Source: Octopus vulgaris | Lineage: Eukaryota | Length of the DNA stretch: 64,000 nucleotides | Assembly (NCBI GenBank): GCA_951406725.2 | Contig: OX597815.1 | Location: 23,126,001-23,190,000, forward strand | Direction of reading: 5' to 3' | In this document: one piece after another, positions 38,579 to 53,204 of the stretch | Layout of the letters: each line of letters opens with the position of its first letter | Position numbering within the stretch: position 1 is the first letter of the stretch | Notes under the pieces: model-generated | Told to the model about the DNA's origin: nothing | What the model saw: only the letters and a program-made list of their open reading frames with translations | Database searches by the model: none | Position numbers and translations under genes: made by a program

Positions 38579-38861
38579 ATACTTAATTAGATTACCTGAC
38601 TAAAAGAAAATACCTATATTGAACAAGCTGTTTGTGGCTTTTATTTCAAGGGTACTCCTACTACCACTGCATATCACATCTGAATCTGAGGTCAGTTTGA
38701 CAGAGACTCTGTTATATACCAATTTCTTGTATTGGGTATACAATGTCAAGTTTTTGCTCACTCACTTCCTCCATATCGAGATAGACCACTTCCTGGGTAG
38801 CACTGGGATTTTGTGCTCTGGTCTATTAAATGAGTGAATTGAACACCGAACTGCATAAATA

Positions 38862-39290
38862 ATCATCATCATTTAACGTCCGGTTTCCATGCTAGCATGG
38901 GTTGGATGGTTCGACCGGGGTCTGGTAAGCCATGAAGGCTGCACCAAGCTCCAGTCTGATTTGGCAGTGTTTCTACAGCTGGATGCCCTTCCTAACGCCA
39001 ACCACTCCGTGAGTGTAGCGGGTGTTTTTTACGTGCCACTGGCACAGGAGCCAGCGCAGGCTGGCAAACGGCCACGATCGGTTGGTACTTTTACGTGTCA
39101 CCAACACGAACGCCAGTTAGGCGACGCTAGTAACTGCTACGCCCGAACGGTGCTTTTACGTGTTACCAGCACTGGTGTCTTAACTACAATTACCATTCGA
39201 ATTTTTGATGATGAACTTGACTCAACAGGTCTCCTCAAGAACAGTGAGTCATTCTACGATCCAAGGTCAGCGCAGCAGGCTGTCCTGCGA
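38862..39290 (-). mobile_element. RTE 3' UTR fragment
   Basis: Same family; extends to CTTGGATCGTAG as at about 1237. Confidence 0.85.
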
Positions 39291-41819
39291 GCATGAACTA
39301 TTAATTTTGATTAAAGTTTGGTTTTAGGGAAAAGTATTAATCTAGTGTAGTATAATGCAAGTATTTTATCAACTTTGGTTAATAGGCAGCTTGTAGAAGA
39401 GGGTATGTTTTCTTATACTCAGTAGAACTGACTGAGCTTTCAGTTATGATTGTACCATCAGAAAATAAGGTGTTCTATTGGTATTGCAGTATTACTGTGG
39501 TGTGAGAGACCATTATAAAAATAGAATTGACAAAAGATTGACCTCACTATGGGTGTTGGCATGTTGTTAGAGTATTCATTGTTCTATAAATTAAAGCTAA
39601 AAATATTTCTTGACATTAAACTTGTTTATGCATGCTAGTATTTAATGTCTATGCATGTTTGCTTGATTATTGTGCTTTTAAGCTAAAACAATTATGCAAT
39701 CTTTGTTTTTTTTTATTAACTGAACTTTATTATTCTTTATTAACTTGGACACAGTTGTAGGATCAAAACCGCTTAACAGAATTAACAACCAAGTTTAGAA
39801 TGCTTTGAATGATTTTTTAAAAATACTTTAAAAATCAGTTTTCAATTTGAAATTTTAAAGGGTTTTTTTTTTTGTTGTTGATGTGCTATTCACTAAACAT
39901 TCACAAATGCCTTGTTTTCTTCATGTTTGTCATGCGATTTAAGTTTTTTTTTGTAAAGGTCTTATAAAAAAAAAAAAACTTTAGTAGGAAAACTGAGGAT
40001 TGAATTTATGTCCTTACAAATGAGAGATTTTTTTTTCATGGTCACTATTATTCAGAGTTTACCAAAAATAATTTTTTTATTGTTTAATTCAGTTTATTGT
40101 TATATGCTGGTTATCGTCTCTAAAATTATAGTTTGTGACACAAATATGTCTGGAGGTTTTTCCAGTGATAGTTGTTAAAAAGTGATAGAAAATCTTTTTG
40201 CTGGCATAATGCTTGTTTCATAATAATAATAATAATTAATTCTTGTTTTATTGGCCACAAGGGCTAATATAAATCAAAAACATGTAAGGACAAAGACAGG
40301 ATGAAAAGTACACAGGGTTTTGTCCAAAAAGAAGAAAAAAAAAAAATAATCCTTTCTACTATAGGCACAAGGCCTTGAATTTTAGGGGAGGGAACCAGCT
40401 GATTACATTGATCCCAGTGTGTAACTGGTACTTAATTTATCAATCCCGAAAGGATGTAAAGCAAAGTCACCTGGGAGCTTTTGAACTCAGAACTTGAAAA
40501 CAGATAAAATACTGCTAAGCATTTCACCTGGTGTGTTAATGATTCTGCTAGCTTGACGCTTTAATAATAATAATAATAAGAAGAAGAAGAAGAATTACAT
40601 TACTGTTGATGTAATTACATTACATCAAATTAAACAAGAAGTTACCTTGCATCAACCATTCATTATGTCATTTGGCATAACACTTCATCTTTTATTTCCT
40701 CAATTTATTGAACTGAAGTATTGGTACATAGCCTTCCAGAGAAAATTGGTTGTGATTGACTAAAATCGTAGCCAAAAAGAGTAACATCTTCACATGAACA
40801 GTACAGAAATGTAAGCTATGTGAGCACCTGTAATTCATGAAAGGATTAACTCACACCAAACTTGGGCTTCTGAAAAGGTTATATATGAGGTGAACTTGTC
40901 AGATTTGGTCCTTTCCTTTTGCTAATATGTTTTATGTGGTATGTTTTATTCTTTACGTAGTTTGCTAGATAGTTGGAAAACTCTGGTATTTTAATTAATT
41001 AAAAATAGATTGCAGTGAAACTGATCTTTGGTAAGCACAGTGACAACTCCTGTTTCAGTCATATAATATATGCGTGTATTCACACATAGGTGTGTTATCA
41101 ATTAGCAACATTATTAACAGAGTTGAATTTCTGGTTCATTCAGTGGCTCTGTGAGATGTTTTATCTGTGGTCAGAAACTTTTCATTTATCCAAATCAGAT
41201 AATTCAGTGAGAGAAATGAGAGAAAATATATTTGAGATGGAATGCGTTTCTGCGATGCTTGAATGTGATTCTCCTTTAGTCTAAATTTACCCTATTTTAT
41301 GAAGAAGGATTCTAAAACTAATTAAAACAAGGAAACTGAAATGAAGGCTTTAATGGTAATTATTCTTGTTTAGGTAATCATCATCATCATCGTTTAACGT
41401 CCGCTTTCCATGCTAGCATGGGTTGGACGGTAATGGATTGGCATAATTGTTAGAGCATCAGACCAGATGCTTTGCAGTGTCTGTTCTAACTTTTTACATT
41501 CCGAGTTCAAATACTGCTATGGTTAACTTTGTTTTTCATTCTTCCAGGAGTAAAATTTTAAAAAATCCTGCCCTATAAATTGCTTGCCTTATATGTTAAA
41601 AATAATCATTAGAGAGCAGTAAATTGGCAGAATTGTTAAAGCATCAGCAAAATATACTTCATGGTATTTATTCCAGCTCTTAGTGTTCTGCATTCAAATC
41701 ATGCTATGGTCAATTTGCCTTTCATCTTTTTGCAGTCAATAAAATAAAGCATCAACCAGATTGGTGGAATCAACTAACCCCACTCACTTCAATACTGTTG
41801 GCCTTTTTCTAAATTGGAA

Positions 41820-42500
41820 CCTCTTTCTACTGCACTGCTTTCCCTACTTCAAAAAGGTGACCATACATCACCTGTTAATTACCATCCAGTCAGTCTCACA
41901 AGCTGCATTGCCAAATTGATTAAACTTTATGTCAGAGAGACAATTTGGAACTTCTAGACCTCTCATAACCTTATTCAACCCTCAGAAGATGGGTGGATGT
42001 TATCTGTCCTGACTTTACTGAAGCTTTTAAATCTTTGTCAAATACAAATAACTTCTGGCATAGCTTTTTGCAAGGGGCATGAAGGCTAATCTTTATAATT
42101 GGTTGAACTCCTACCTGGCCAGTTGAAAAGCAGTAGCCAGTTGTATTAGGACAACATTCTGCACCTTATGTGATGGCATCTTGTGTCCAACAGGGTGTTT
42201 GTTGCATATATTTTGAGATGCTAGCTTGAAGTTTGTTAAAATAGGCAGACAACATTAAGCTGTACCTTAAGATGAAAAGAGCAGATCTTATGTGCTATAG
42301 ATCTTTCCTGTAATCTGATCTAGACACAATATAGCAATGGATTATAACTGACAGCTCAAGCTGGTTGTAGATAAGTGTATCATTATACATTTTTGGAAGG
42401 AAAACCAGTAATTCACCTACCCCCTCCACAACACCAAGTTTAAGAAGTCTGCTGGTGAATGTGACCATGGCATTGTTGTTAACAATAATCTTTACTGTCT
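41820..42500 (+). mobile_element. Degenerate CR1/L2-type LINE RT relic
   Basis: KGDHTSPVNYHPVSLTSCIAKL at about 41853-41918 matches KKGDxxxxxNYRPISLTSxxxK. Confidence 0.65.
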
Positions 42501-42989
42501 TTCTTTACTTGACTCCTCTTTTCTAACAAGTTGTAGTGCACTTGAGCATTGTTTACAAAAGGCTCTTTATTATCACAGTATAGAGAAAGGTCTTGCTAAT
42601 TATATAGATAGTTTTTATTGCATGCTTTTCTGTGTGTCTTTTCTTTCTATTTTCTGTTATATTAATTGTGCTCTTTTCTGCATGTCTGTTAAGTCTTGTC
42701 ATTTTGATTATATAATTGTCATTTTCATTATTCAAAAACCTTTGTTATTGGAATTGTTTCTGTTTTCAATCCTCACATTTTAGATAGCTCTGTTTTTGAG
42801 GTCTTTAGATTTGTATAGTTTCTGTATATCTTTCAGGATAGTTTGCTGGAATGGTGTTTCTGACATGCTCTGAGCAATATGCCTTAATCTCCTTGTCTGT
42901 GTCAATTGACATGTCTTATAGTTCGGTCACTATCATTCTCTCTGTCTCGCTTTTTTGTTTGTGTTTTCTACCACTTCATGCAGTTTCTA

Positions 42990-43677
42990 TCATCATCATC
43001 GTTTAACGTCCGTTTTCCGCGCTAGCACGGGTTGGATGGTTCGACCGGGGTCTGGGAAGCCAGGGGCTGCACCAGGCTCCAGTGTGATCTGGCAGTGTTT
43101 CTACAGCTGGATGCCCTTCCTAATGCCAACCACTCCACAAGTGTAGTGGGTGCTTTTTACGTGCCAGGGAAGTCTGGCATCGGCCACGATCGGTTGGTGC
43201 TTTTAACGTGCCACCGGCACGGAAGCCAGCCAAGGTGGCGCTGGCATTGGCCACGATCGGTTGGTGCTTTTAACATGCCACCGGCACGGAAGCCAGCCAA
43301 GGCGGCGCTGGCATCAGCCACGTTCGGATGGTGCTTTTTATGTGCCACCAGCACAGAAGCCAGTCGAGTTGGCGCTGGCATCGACCACGTTCAGATGGTG
43401 CTTTTTATGTGCCACCGGCACAGAAGCCAGTCGAGGTGGCGCTGGCATCGACCACGTTCAGATGGTGCTTTTTATGTGCCACCGGCACAGAAGCCAGTCG
43501 AGGTGGCGCTGGCATCGGCCACGTTCAGATGGTGCTTTTTATGTGCCACCGGCACAGAAGCCAGTCGAGGTGGCGCTGGCATCGGCCACGTTCAGATGGT
43601 GCTTTTTATGTGCCACTGGCACAGAAGCCAGTCGAGGGGGCGCTGGCAACGGCCACGTTCGGATGGTGCTTTTTATG
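42990..43677 (-). mobile_element. RTE 3' UTR fragment with an expanded 67 bp internal tandem array
   Basis: Family 3' end at 42990. The unit GGTGCTTTTTATGTGCCACCGGCACAGAAGCCAGTCGAGGTGGCGCTGGCATCGGCCACGTTCAGAT starts at 43196, 43263, 43330, 43397, 43464, 43531 and 43598, with a partial copy at 43665. Confidence 0.9.
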
Positions 43678-44207
43678 TTTATGAAATTTCCAACATATAG
43701 AAATGCTTGTCTAAGTTTCGTGTCCTGCCTTACTTAACTGGTGCTGATTATTTTGTTATCCATATCACTTTGTTCAATCTTGGGCTTTCATTGCCAACTT
43801 TTTGTAATCATGATTTCAAATTAAATCTTAGTTTTTTTTTTATTTGTTTTAATGATTTTCTGATGTTGTTTTTCTATTCTCCTCACAGCTGTCCATTACC
43901 TCAGCTGTTGTTGAATACTAAACAGTAATGTAAACTAACCATCTATGGATCACATTTAATATATATTTGGGCTTATCAAAACTTTTCATAGACTCTGATG
44001 TAAACTAAATATTTGAGAAGTTGATTTTTAACAGTAAAAGATTTATCTACTAAAGTTATTGAAGCCAAGCACCTTTATATTTGTAAATAATGCTATGAAT
44101 TTATGTGTATAATAATAACTTACTAAAAGTGTTTTATAGAAGAAAAAAAATGATAATTGCCTTCTTTCATTTTCTTTTGACTAAATAATTACAAAATTAT
44201 TTTGTAG

Positions 44208-44519
44208 CATCAGAACCAAGGAAGAAAACTCCAGCTCGAAAAATAGATTGCCGTCGCAAACTGATGACACGAGAAGATTGTTTTAGTGCTCCTTCTGAAT
44301 CTTTTCTGAAGGAATTTGACTTTGAGAAAAATTTGGCTCTTTTTGACAAAAAAGCTTTCTTCCAGGAAATGGAAAATTCTTTGCCAGAAATAATTCACCA
44401 TAATAATGATAGGAAAAATCCTGCCAAATATCGTCATGATGAAAATATTTTGGAGTCTGGTCCTGTGGTTTTATGTAAAATTAAAGTTCCTTGTTATTCA
44501 GACCAAGAATATGTAACAG
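44208..44519 (+). CDS. EDC3: EDC3 coding exon 3 (FDF domain)
   Basis: TTTGTAG|; reads EFDFEKNLALFDKKAFFQEM and KYRHDENILES. Donor G|GTTTGT, phase 1. Confidence 0.95.
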
Positions 44520-45049
44520 GTTTGTTGGATTTATATTCTGTTTGGTAAAATTATCATCACAGATTTGAAAGATTGAATGAAATATATAATGAAATAGTAT
44601 GATGTACCTATCATATTGTCTTTAAGCATGTGAGAAAGTTAATTTTCTCAAATGTTCTTTTGAATAGATTTTTGCTTTTACTCTAATCTATTCATTTTTA
44701 AGCATCTCCAAGAAAGAGAAAATGAGAAAAAATTAGTGGCACTGATGGACTAATTAAGAAACAACACTTTGTTTTTACATGTTGGTTTTGTTAAGTTCTC
44801 TACCAATGTATCTGAATTTGAACTGAGGAACAAAATTTAGTAAAAAAAGACGAAAGAAATTAGTGGTATAAGGCAATTTTCATAATAAGCAAGCTATGCT
44901 GGCATTGTAAAGTGGCATAGTTACCTGGATAATAATTGAAAACTTTTGATGAGAAATTTTAGTTAGAAATTTCAGATTGCCAATTCAAAACATTGAATCT
45001 TTTGCTGTGTTATTTTTTGTTTTGTCATTGATAAAAATCTTGTTCTCAG

Positions 45050-45203
45050 ATTCTGGACTGACTGTTCCAAGTATATCTTATGAGTTACGGTCACGTTTGT
45101 TTTCTGCCGGTGAAGAATTTGGTTTCTCAAAATCAAGGCAACTTGAAACTGTAGGACGGTCAACTACAGAAATGATTTTGCAGCTTTTAGGAGGCAGTCA
45201 CAG
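45050..45203 (+). CDS. EDC3: EDC3 coding exon 4 (start of YjeF_N)
   Basis: TTCTCAG|; reads DSGLTVPSISYELRSRLF...EMILQLLGGSH. Donor AG|GTTAGT, phase 2. Confidence 0.95.
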
Positions 45204-45419
45204 GTTAGTGTAATATTTTTAAAATTCCTTTTTTTTTTTTGCTCATTATGCAGTTTTAACTTATGATAAAATCTGTATTTATCCACATCTCAGTTTGCTT
45301 AACAAGCAACTTTACCTGTTGCACTTGAATTAAGAATCTCATGGTACGAACATCTATCTATAACAATATTCACATGTACAAGTATGGAAATATCTAGTGT
45401 GAAGAAATGTATGTAAAAC

Positions 45420-45705
45420 ATCATCATCATTGTTTAACGTCCGTTTTCCGTGCTAGCACAAGTTGGACGGTTCGACCGGGGTCTGGGAAGCCAGGAGGCT
45501 GCACCAGGCTCCAGTCTGATCTGGCAGTGTTTCTACAGCTGGATGCCCTTCCTAATGCCAACCACTCCGTGAGTGTAGTGGGTGCTTTTTACGTGCCACC
45601 GGAGTCTGGCAGCGGCCACAATCAGTTGGTGCTTTTTACGTGCCACCGGCACAGAAGCCTGTCAAGGCAGCGCTGGCATCGGCCACGTTCGGATGGTGCT
45701 TTTTC
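45420..45705 (-). mobile_element. RTE 3' UTR fragment
   Basis: Same family. Confidence 0.85.
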
Positions 45706-46009
45706 TAAAAAAAAAAAATTTGAGGAGTAAAAAATAAAAAACAAAACAGCTGTCCTGAAGCAAAATATTGCATCAAAGTTAAGTACTGATGTTATACTTT
45801 CATTTGGTGCTTTTGATGTTTGTAATAAAATTAATCATTGAGCATTCATAATACTAATGATGTTGGTTAATTTTTTTGAAAATGAAATTGTGACTTCTTG
45901 CATGATTTAAGGGCAGGTATGGCTAGTTTCAATAAAAAGCCATGCTTTTATGCAATCAGGTTTTCTAATCTTCAATGTAATTATTCCTTTCTTTTTTTTC
46001 TTCCCTAAG

Positions 46010-46227
46010 ATTGAACCCCAAAAATGACCACCAGTTACCTACTGTTGTTGTTTTGTGTGGCCCACATATTCAGGGAGCTCAAGGGATTACTTGTGCCAGA
46101 TTGCTAGCTAATCACAATGTAAAAACATACATCTATGTGCCAAATTATATGAAAATGGATCATTTTATTGAAAATGAATTAGCTTTGTATGATCTCACTG
46201 ATGGAGTAAAAACATTTTCAATTAAAG
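46010..46227 (+). CDS. EDC3: EDC3 coding exon 5 (YjeF_N)
   Basis: Pyrimidine tract plus AAG|; reads RLNPKNDHQLPTVVVLCGPHIQGAQGITCARLLANH. Donor G|GTAGGA, phase 1. Confidence 0.95.
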
Positions 46228-47154
46228 GTAGGAATCAAAGCTTTCTAGTTCTGTTTACTTATGTAACATGTGTTAAGAGTTAGACATTTCTGTTGCTCAG
46301 TCGTGTAAACCTAAACATGAAACAGCAGCTGTTTCCTCTAATAAGAACTTTTGAACATTCATTGTTGTTAAGTAAGAGTGATTATCTTGCGTGTGTTATA
46401 GTTTAGAAATTGTCTGGACTTATTGTGTGGTTGGATGTAAACTGTATGACTACGGAAGAGATCTCTGGTGATAGATAGGTAAAAGTCCACGATATCAATT
46501 TGTATAAATTTGCATTAGTTTTTACTATCCATCTTTTTGATCGAGTTCAATGTACACACATGCACTCTCTTTCTCTTTCCCCTCTCCCTTTCTCTCTCTT
46601 TCTCATCATCATTTTATCTCTGTTTATCTGTGCTGCATAGGTTTGTCAAAGCAATTCTAAATATGGCCTGTGAGTCAGGTCTATTTAGAATTATAGTCCT
46701 CCAAGGTAGATTTAAAACTGTATCCTACTTGCATGTTACATTTTTAGGATGGTTTTTATGGCAAGAGACCCTTCTTGTCACCAACCACTTTATATGATGC
46801 ATTGGGTACATTCGTTTGTGAAACTTTCACTTGAAAGGTTGTTTGTCTCCAGCAAGACTAAAGAGAGCTCCCTCTTCTCTGCATTGATGTTGTTTGTTTA
46901 TTTCTTTCTCACACTACTTGGGTCTGAAGGAAACCAGAGAGAGAACACGATGGAAGTCTGAATAATGGGAGGGAAAGAGAGGAGAGTAAACGGGTTAGAC
47001 AGTTACATGATGACTGTTGGTAAGGAGATTGAATAAAAGCAACAAGGCTGAAAGGGTAGTAAAGAAGAGAGTGATGAGAGAGAGAGAGAGAATGAGAGGT
47101 TGGAAAAGAAAAGGTATGAAAGGGAATCAATGATAGGTGCAGAAGGGTGATAAG

Positions 47155-47420
47155 CATCATCATCATAGTTTAACGTCCGTTTTCCATGCTAGCATGGGTT
47201 GGACGATTTGACTGAGTTCTGGCAAACCAGATGGCTGCACTAGACTCCAATTTGATCTGGCAGAGTTTCTACAGCTGGATGCCCTTCCTAACGCCAACCA
47301 CTCCAAGAGTGTAGTGGGTGCTTTTACATGCTACCGGCACAAGGGCCAGTCAGGCGGTACTGGCAATGGCCACGCTCAAATGGTGCTTTTTACGTGCCAC
47401 CTGCACACGAGCCAGTCCAA
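47155..47420 (-). mobile_element. RTE 3' UTR fragment
   Basis: Same family. Confidence 0.85.
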
Positions 47421-48329
47421 GTAATTGAAAAGAGAAAGATAAACAGCCACATATTAGTAAGGAGGCTGAGGTAGAACAGCTTGAGCAAGTGAAATACATG
47501 AGTAAATATTAAGCACCTCCAACAAATATATGTTCGACTCACAATTTACTAAGGTGATGTGATGAGGGAAGAAAGAAGGTGTTGGACTTCAATGAAGAAA
47601 GATAGAAGAGAGATATTGAGAAAGTGTGTGATGGAGAACTGTTGAAATATGTGATGATGATCAGAGGGAGAGCAAGAATTCAGTGAGAGATAGAGGAAGA
47701 GGTAATGGGAAAGAGAGAGTGTATAACAAGAAAAGGTTTAGTAGTAGATACAGTATGAACATAATTAGTGCAAGAGACCTAAATGTAGATATTCAATATT
47801 CCAATGTCCATCATCATCATCTTTTTTTGCCTGCGTGGGTTGCTCAGGTCTTCTCCTGCACAGCATTTCAGCACTTGTAAATCCTTGTCATTTCCTTTAT
47901 GAGTTCCAGCCTCTTATGATTAGTTTTCACCACGTCTTCCTATGTCTTCCTCATTTTCTCTCTTCTGCATGTTCTGTCCACTTAGAGTATTCAACACTTC
48001 TTTAATCAACTGATATTCTCCTTATATATCACATGTTTGAATCAGTGTAGTCTTCTGTGATCCTCTGAAGTCCTGTTTCTGTTTTAGCTCTTTTACAGCT
48101 CGTCATTCATGCATGCTAACATTACGCATTCAGATAATTTCTTAGAATTCTCACTTTAGAAACCTATAGCTGAGCTCATGTACGTTTTTCTACATGTTTC
48201 TGAAGTGGAAAAAAATGCTACAAATACAAAGATAGATGGTGTGTGTGTGCACACACATCAGTGCATGTACATACACTCTCACAGTGATGTAGAGTGAAGT
48301 GTGATCCTTCACCCCATCCAGCAGAGCAC

Positions 48330-48530
48330 TCATCATCATCATCATCATCATTGTTTAACATCCGTTCTCCATGCTAGCATGGGTTGGACGGTTCGACTGG
48401 GGATCTGGGAAGCCAGGAGGCTGCACCAGGCTCCAATCCGATCTGGCAATGTTTCTACAGCTGGATGCCCTTCCTAACGCCAACCACTCTGTGAGTGTAG
48501 TGGGTGCTTTTTACGTGCCGCCTGCACAGC
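48330..48530 (-). mobile_element. RTE 3' UTR fragment
   Basis: Same family. Confidence 0.85.
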
Positions 48531-48608
48531 GTGCCACCTAGCTCCAAATAATAACTAACTTTGACTACATGCATGTGTTTGTATATCTATTTTGTTCAGT
48601 ATCTTGCT

Positions 48609-48677
<69 letters not shown>

Positions 48678-49106
48678 AATTTTGGGAGTTACCAGGTGAC
48701 CTCACTAGTACTAGAACCATGAAAAACATCCAGTACATTCTGCAAAATGGCTGGTAAATTATCAAATAGGGACAATGCAGGATTGAGAGGACTCTTTGAT
48801 TTTACCAAGAATCATGACAACTTCTCTAGTGCTGGTACCACACAAAAAAGTAATCACCCATAGAAACCATACCAGAACTTAAACATTCAAGTGAAGCATG
48901 GTCCTCTAACCTGTTAGATCCTGTTGAACTGCTCAACCTATAACATGAAAAGCAAACAGAGAGAGATTTGTGTGGATGGATGGATGGATGAACTGTTTTG
49001 TTTTAATTCTAAATGAATTATATTAGTGATGAACTAATAATTCCAGTTTTTCAATTAATTCTTGTAAGCTATGAAATTTAAAACTTAATTAATTTTTTTT
49101 TTTCAG

Positions 49107-49438
49107 ATTTGCCAAAATTTCCTGTGGACATAATTGTTAATAGCTTGGATAATCATGAAAACATGGTTTTGCGAGACCAGCCTTGGTACCAAGCACTTGT
49201 GGTATGGGCTAATAACAGCAAGGCTCCAGTTTTAGCTATTGATCCCCCACAGCAAGGCACACTCATCCATGCCAAGTGGAGTTTAAGTCTTTGCCTTCCA
49301 CTCAATCTCAAAGGGCAGTTTGGACAAGTTTACCTGTGCGATATTGGTCTTCCTCGTAAGGTGATGGCACAAGTTGGCATCACGTATTCTTCACCATTCG
49401 GACATAAATTCCTCATACCTCTTCATGCCAAGACCTAG
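49107..49438 (+). CDS. EDC3: EDC3 last coding exon (YjeF_N C-terminus)
   Basis: (T)nCAG|; reads DLPKFPVDIIVNSLD...DQPWY...APVLAIDPP...YLCDIGLP...SPFGHKFLIPLHAKT-stop. The six exons total 1449 nt (482 aa plus stop). Confidence 0.95.
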
Positions 49439-52400
49439 GAAATGGAGATAAAAGAGAAATAGTTATTAAAATAGCATCAGTACAAAAAAAGCTTTGCAGT
49501 CGAGGTAAAACAGCTGAATTAACCACAACCAATGAGCTGCTAAATCTTGCCAAGATTTACTGTCTGATGCAAACAGCAGCATACAACAACACAAAAAAAA
49601 AAAAAGCAAAAAGAAAAAAAAAAAATCTTCAGATCTCAAGCCCTAAAACAAAAAAAAATATGAGAAAGAAAAAAATAATTTTTCTTCAAATCAAAATGTT
49701 ATAGTTGTTTTTGTTATCGTTGACAATACATTTTGCTGATAGCTAATATAAAGAATTGAGGAATATCAGAAATGCAATGGTGTCACCGCTCTGAAAAGGC
49801 TGTTGTTGATTATTCAGATTGACAACAGCTTAATTTACACCATTATATGTACCTGTTATAGGCTCCTACCGAGCTGGCTACTACAAGATGAAGTATAGCA
49901 GCATTTCTACGCCCTCAAGCAAAATTTGCATATTTGTAAATAATCAGAAGAGATTTTAACTTCATTGCAGATTTTTTTTTTTTTTTTTCACCATCATCAT
50001 TTACCATCATTGTTAATTTGAAAATGCGAAAGACAAGGCATGGTATGTGTGCATGTATACATGTATGTGTGTATATATATATATATGTGCATACATGCAC
50101 ATATATGATTGAAATTAAGTTTATGTTTATATATAAACAAATATACACACACAGACACACACACAGATGTGTTTGAATGTTTACATATACATGGCAATAT
50201 GTTTGTTTATATGTATACATATATATATATGTATATATTTTTATTTCAATGTATATTTTTATTTCAATGAATATTTGAGTGTGTGTGTGTGTGTGTGTGT
50301 GCATGTGTTAAATGTTGTTTTCATTGAAGCTAAAACTACAATGAACACCTTACAGCGTGAGAGAAAGATTGTAGAAAAGATTTCCTTTGTAATCAATGGA
50401 TCAGTTTTATAATTTGAAAATTTCTTTCCTTCATAAATGCAGATGTGTGTGTGTGTGCGTGCGCGTGTGTGTGTGTTCATGCACATGTTTTAGTGTGTAT
50501 CTATGTGCATAATTGTATGTAAAATTGAAACTGAAATCTGCTGAATGTCGAAGGCTTTTTTTTTGATAACCTATCAGTGTCATTCACTCATCTCACCTTC
50601 AGACATCTCTCTCTCTCTCTCTCTCTACCAAAGCATTAATCATCCTTTTCACCCTCCTTTTCTCCCTTCTCATTCATCATCCCCTCATTGTACAAAAAAA
50701 AAAAAATAATAAAACGGCAAAAAAGCATCAAAAAGTTGATGTTGTTCTGCCCCCATGTAAAAATCAATAAGCGAAAATGAAGTGGAAGTGTTAATATTTT
50801 AAACAAAATGAGTGATAGACTTGTCCAAATGTATGGACAAAATAATAATAATAATAATAATAATTCTTTGCTTGAATCATTCTTTGCAACCTGTTTCCCT
50901 ATGCAAACAAGTCCCCCACCCCTACATTCATTAATGGTCTGTTCGTTACTTTTGTTTCTAATCTTCATATCCCAATTCGCAGTCTCTTGGTTCTGTGTTG
51001 AAAATTCTATTTTGGTAAGTTTAACGTTTTATCTCTTTTGGATTAATTAAATAGAAACGTCAGTAAACGATGCTGGACAACAATAATGATGTCTGTGTAA
51101 GCATGATTTAAGTTTTAACCGAAAACATTTTAGTGACCCATTTCTCTTTCCATAACGTAGATGATTGCTCTATTGCCATTATCCTTTTCCAGTTAATGGT
51201 GGTGTTCTCTTTCCAGTGTTGGAGCTCCATCTATCATCCCCATATCATTCGATATTGGACAGGCAAGGACACTATATATCTGCTTGTTTTCAAAATGGAC
51301 AGTACTGCAGTCATCCATATAGTGGTAGAGACGGTGATATTACTAAAGCAAATATGATCAAAATCCTAATCCTGCTGCAGGCGGATGTGATGGTTGTCAT
51401 TACATCGTCATCCCATTTTCTATCCATTTCTGCAGAGTGACTTTCACCAACCAAGGTTGATTTCTATTGTTGCCCACAGAATGATAATCATCAAAGTTTG
51501 TACAAAAATCATAACTTCATACCTCATATTTTACACTTCCATCACACCAATTCTTAATCAGCTTTTTACTGAACTTTTGGGTCTCCTTTCATTCATTTTA
51601 GTATCACTCTGTGACAGAACTGGCAACAAACAGCTAATAAGGCTTCTAAAAAAAAAAACAAATTAAGTCTGAAACCTAAATTACATTCTCCTGGAGATAA
51701 ATTTGGTGACCATAGTAACATCTTTCCTAACTTATGAGTTCCCTGCAATTATGTAGAGGCACATTATTGTTTAGTTCCATGTTTATTTTCTTTGGCCAAA
51801 AAGTATCCAAATTTCATTTCAGTTTTGTCTTTGTCTCAAGAAGAAACCAAGTTTCACTACTTACAGACCATCTTTGCAATGTATAAGTAACTAGTGTATG
51901 TGCACATACATACACAAATAACCGACATACACACACATTTTTATATATATATACATACACACACACACCCATGTATATATGTATATACATGCTCATATGT
52001 CTATACATTCATGCATACGTGTGTGTGCGTGTATATGTATATATAAAGCTATTTTATAACTTGATTTAATCTACTTTCTAATAATTCCACCGCAGTATTT
52101 GGTTGCAAGGAAAACTGCCTTCACTTCGAAAATTATTTCACAAAATTGGTTGCATGCTAATTATCTGCATGTCGTCATAACATGGCATGTAATAATGAGC
52201 TGGTAGAATCGTTAGCAGATTGGACGAAATGCTTTGTGGCATTTCATCTGGTTCTTTACATTGTGAGTTTAAATCCTGCCAAAGGTTAACTTTCCCTTTC
52301 ACTCTCTTGGGCGGGGGGTCAAGAAAATAAAGTACCAGCCAAGTACTTGGGTTGATATAATCAACTTGACCCAAAATTAGAAGGAATTATTATTATTGTC

Positions 52401-53204
52401 ATCATCATCATCATTATTATTATCATTATGAAGATTGACATAACTCTTCAGAAAGCTAAATGCACAATAAGAAGAGTGAAATATGGCAAGTAACACAATG
52501 CTGATTGACTAAATCATATCACACTCTTGTTATTGTGTATTATTATTTTATATCATCCTTTTAAACATTCTTAGGAACTTGTGACTGCTTCATTTATTTG
52601 GGTTTTGAATGGCTTCAAAATGCCGATGTATCATTTTAATTTCTTTCAATGGTTAAATGTTTCTAAGCTGATGATGATACAATATATGAACGTAAGTGAA
52701 TGTATATATATACGAATGAAAGGATCACATCATTTGTCTGTATACAAAATTGAATCTCTGTATTATCCTGCCTCTAAGAACATACATAAATCATTTGTGG
52801 ATTCTCTCTCCCTCCCTCCTTCCCTCTCTCTCTCTCTCTCTTTCTCTCTGTATGAAAACCTATGTGATATAGCATTGTGTATTGAATGATATGTGTAATA
52901 TTTGTATATAGCTTCTGAGTATTGAATCAACCGCTTCTCTCTTCAATGTTAGTTCATCGATAACGTGTGTGTTTGTTTGTTTTAATCTCTCCATTACGTA
53001 TGAGTATACAAGGTTTCTTGTGTGGTGGATGCCTGTAAAATCAACTAGATTGAAAGCTACCATGTTAAAAGTGAATCTGTTTTCATCTTTCCGTTAATGT
53101 ATATTACCATTAACATATGTATATATATGTATATATATCATGTGAGGGAGGAGGGAGTGTATGTAGAAACGTGTTTTCATGAACATTAAAGAAATATACA
53201 CACT

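Noticed and set aside
43196-43677. CRISPR-like regularly spaced palindromic repeats, and long ORFs (222 aa, 158 aa) over them
   Set aside because: The units are contiguous and near-identical with no unique spacers and no cas genes. They belong to a retroelement 3' UTR, and the ORFs are by-products of a stop-poor 67 bp repeat.
51133-51666. Cluster of overlapping 74-91 aa ORFs in slightly GC-richer DNA
   Set aside because: No recognisable motif, ATG context or splice-site framing.
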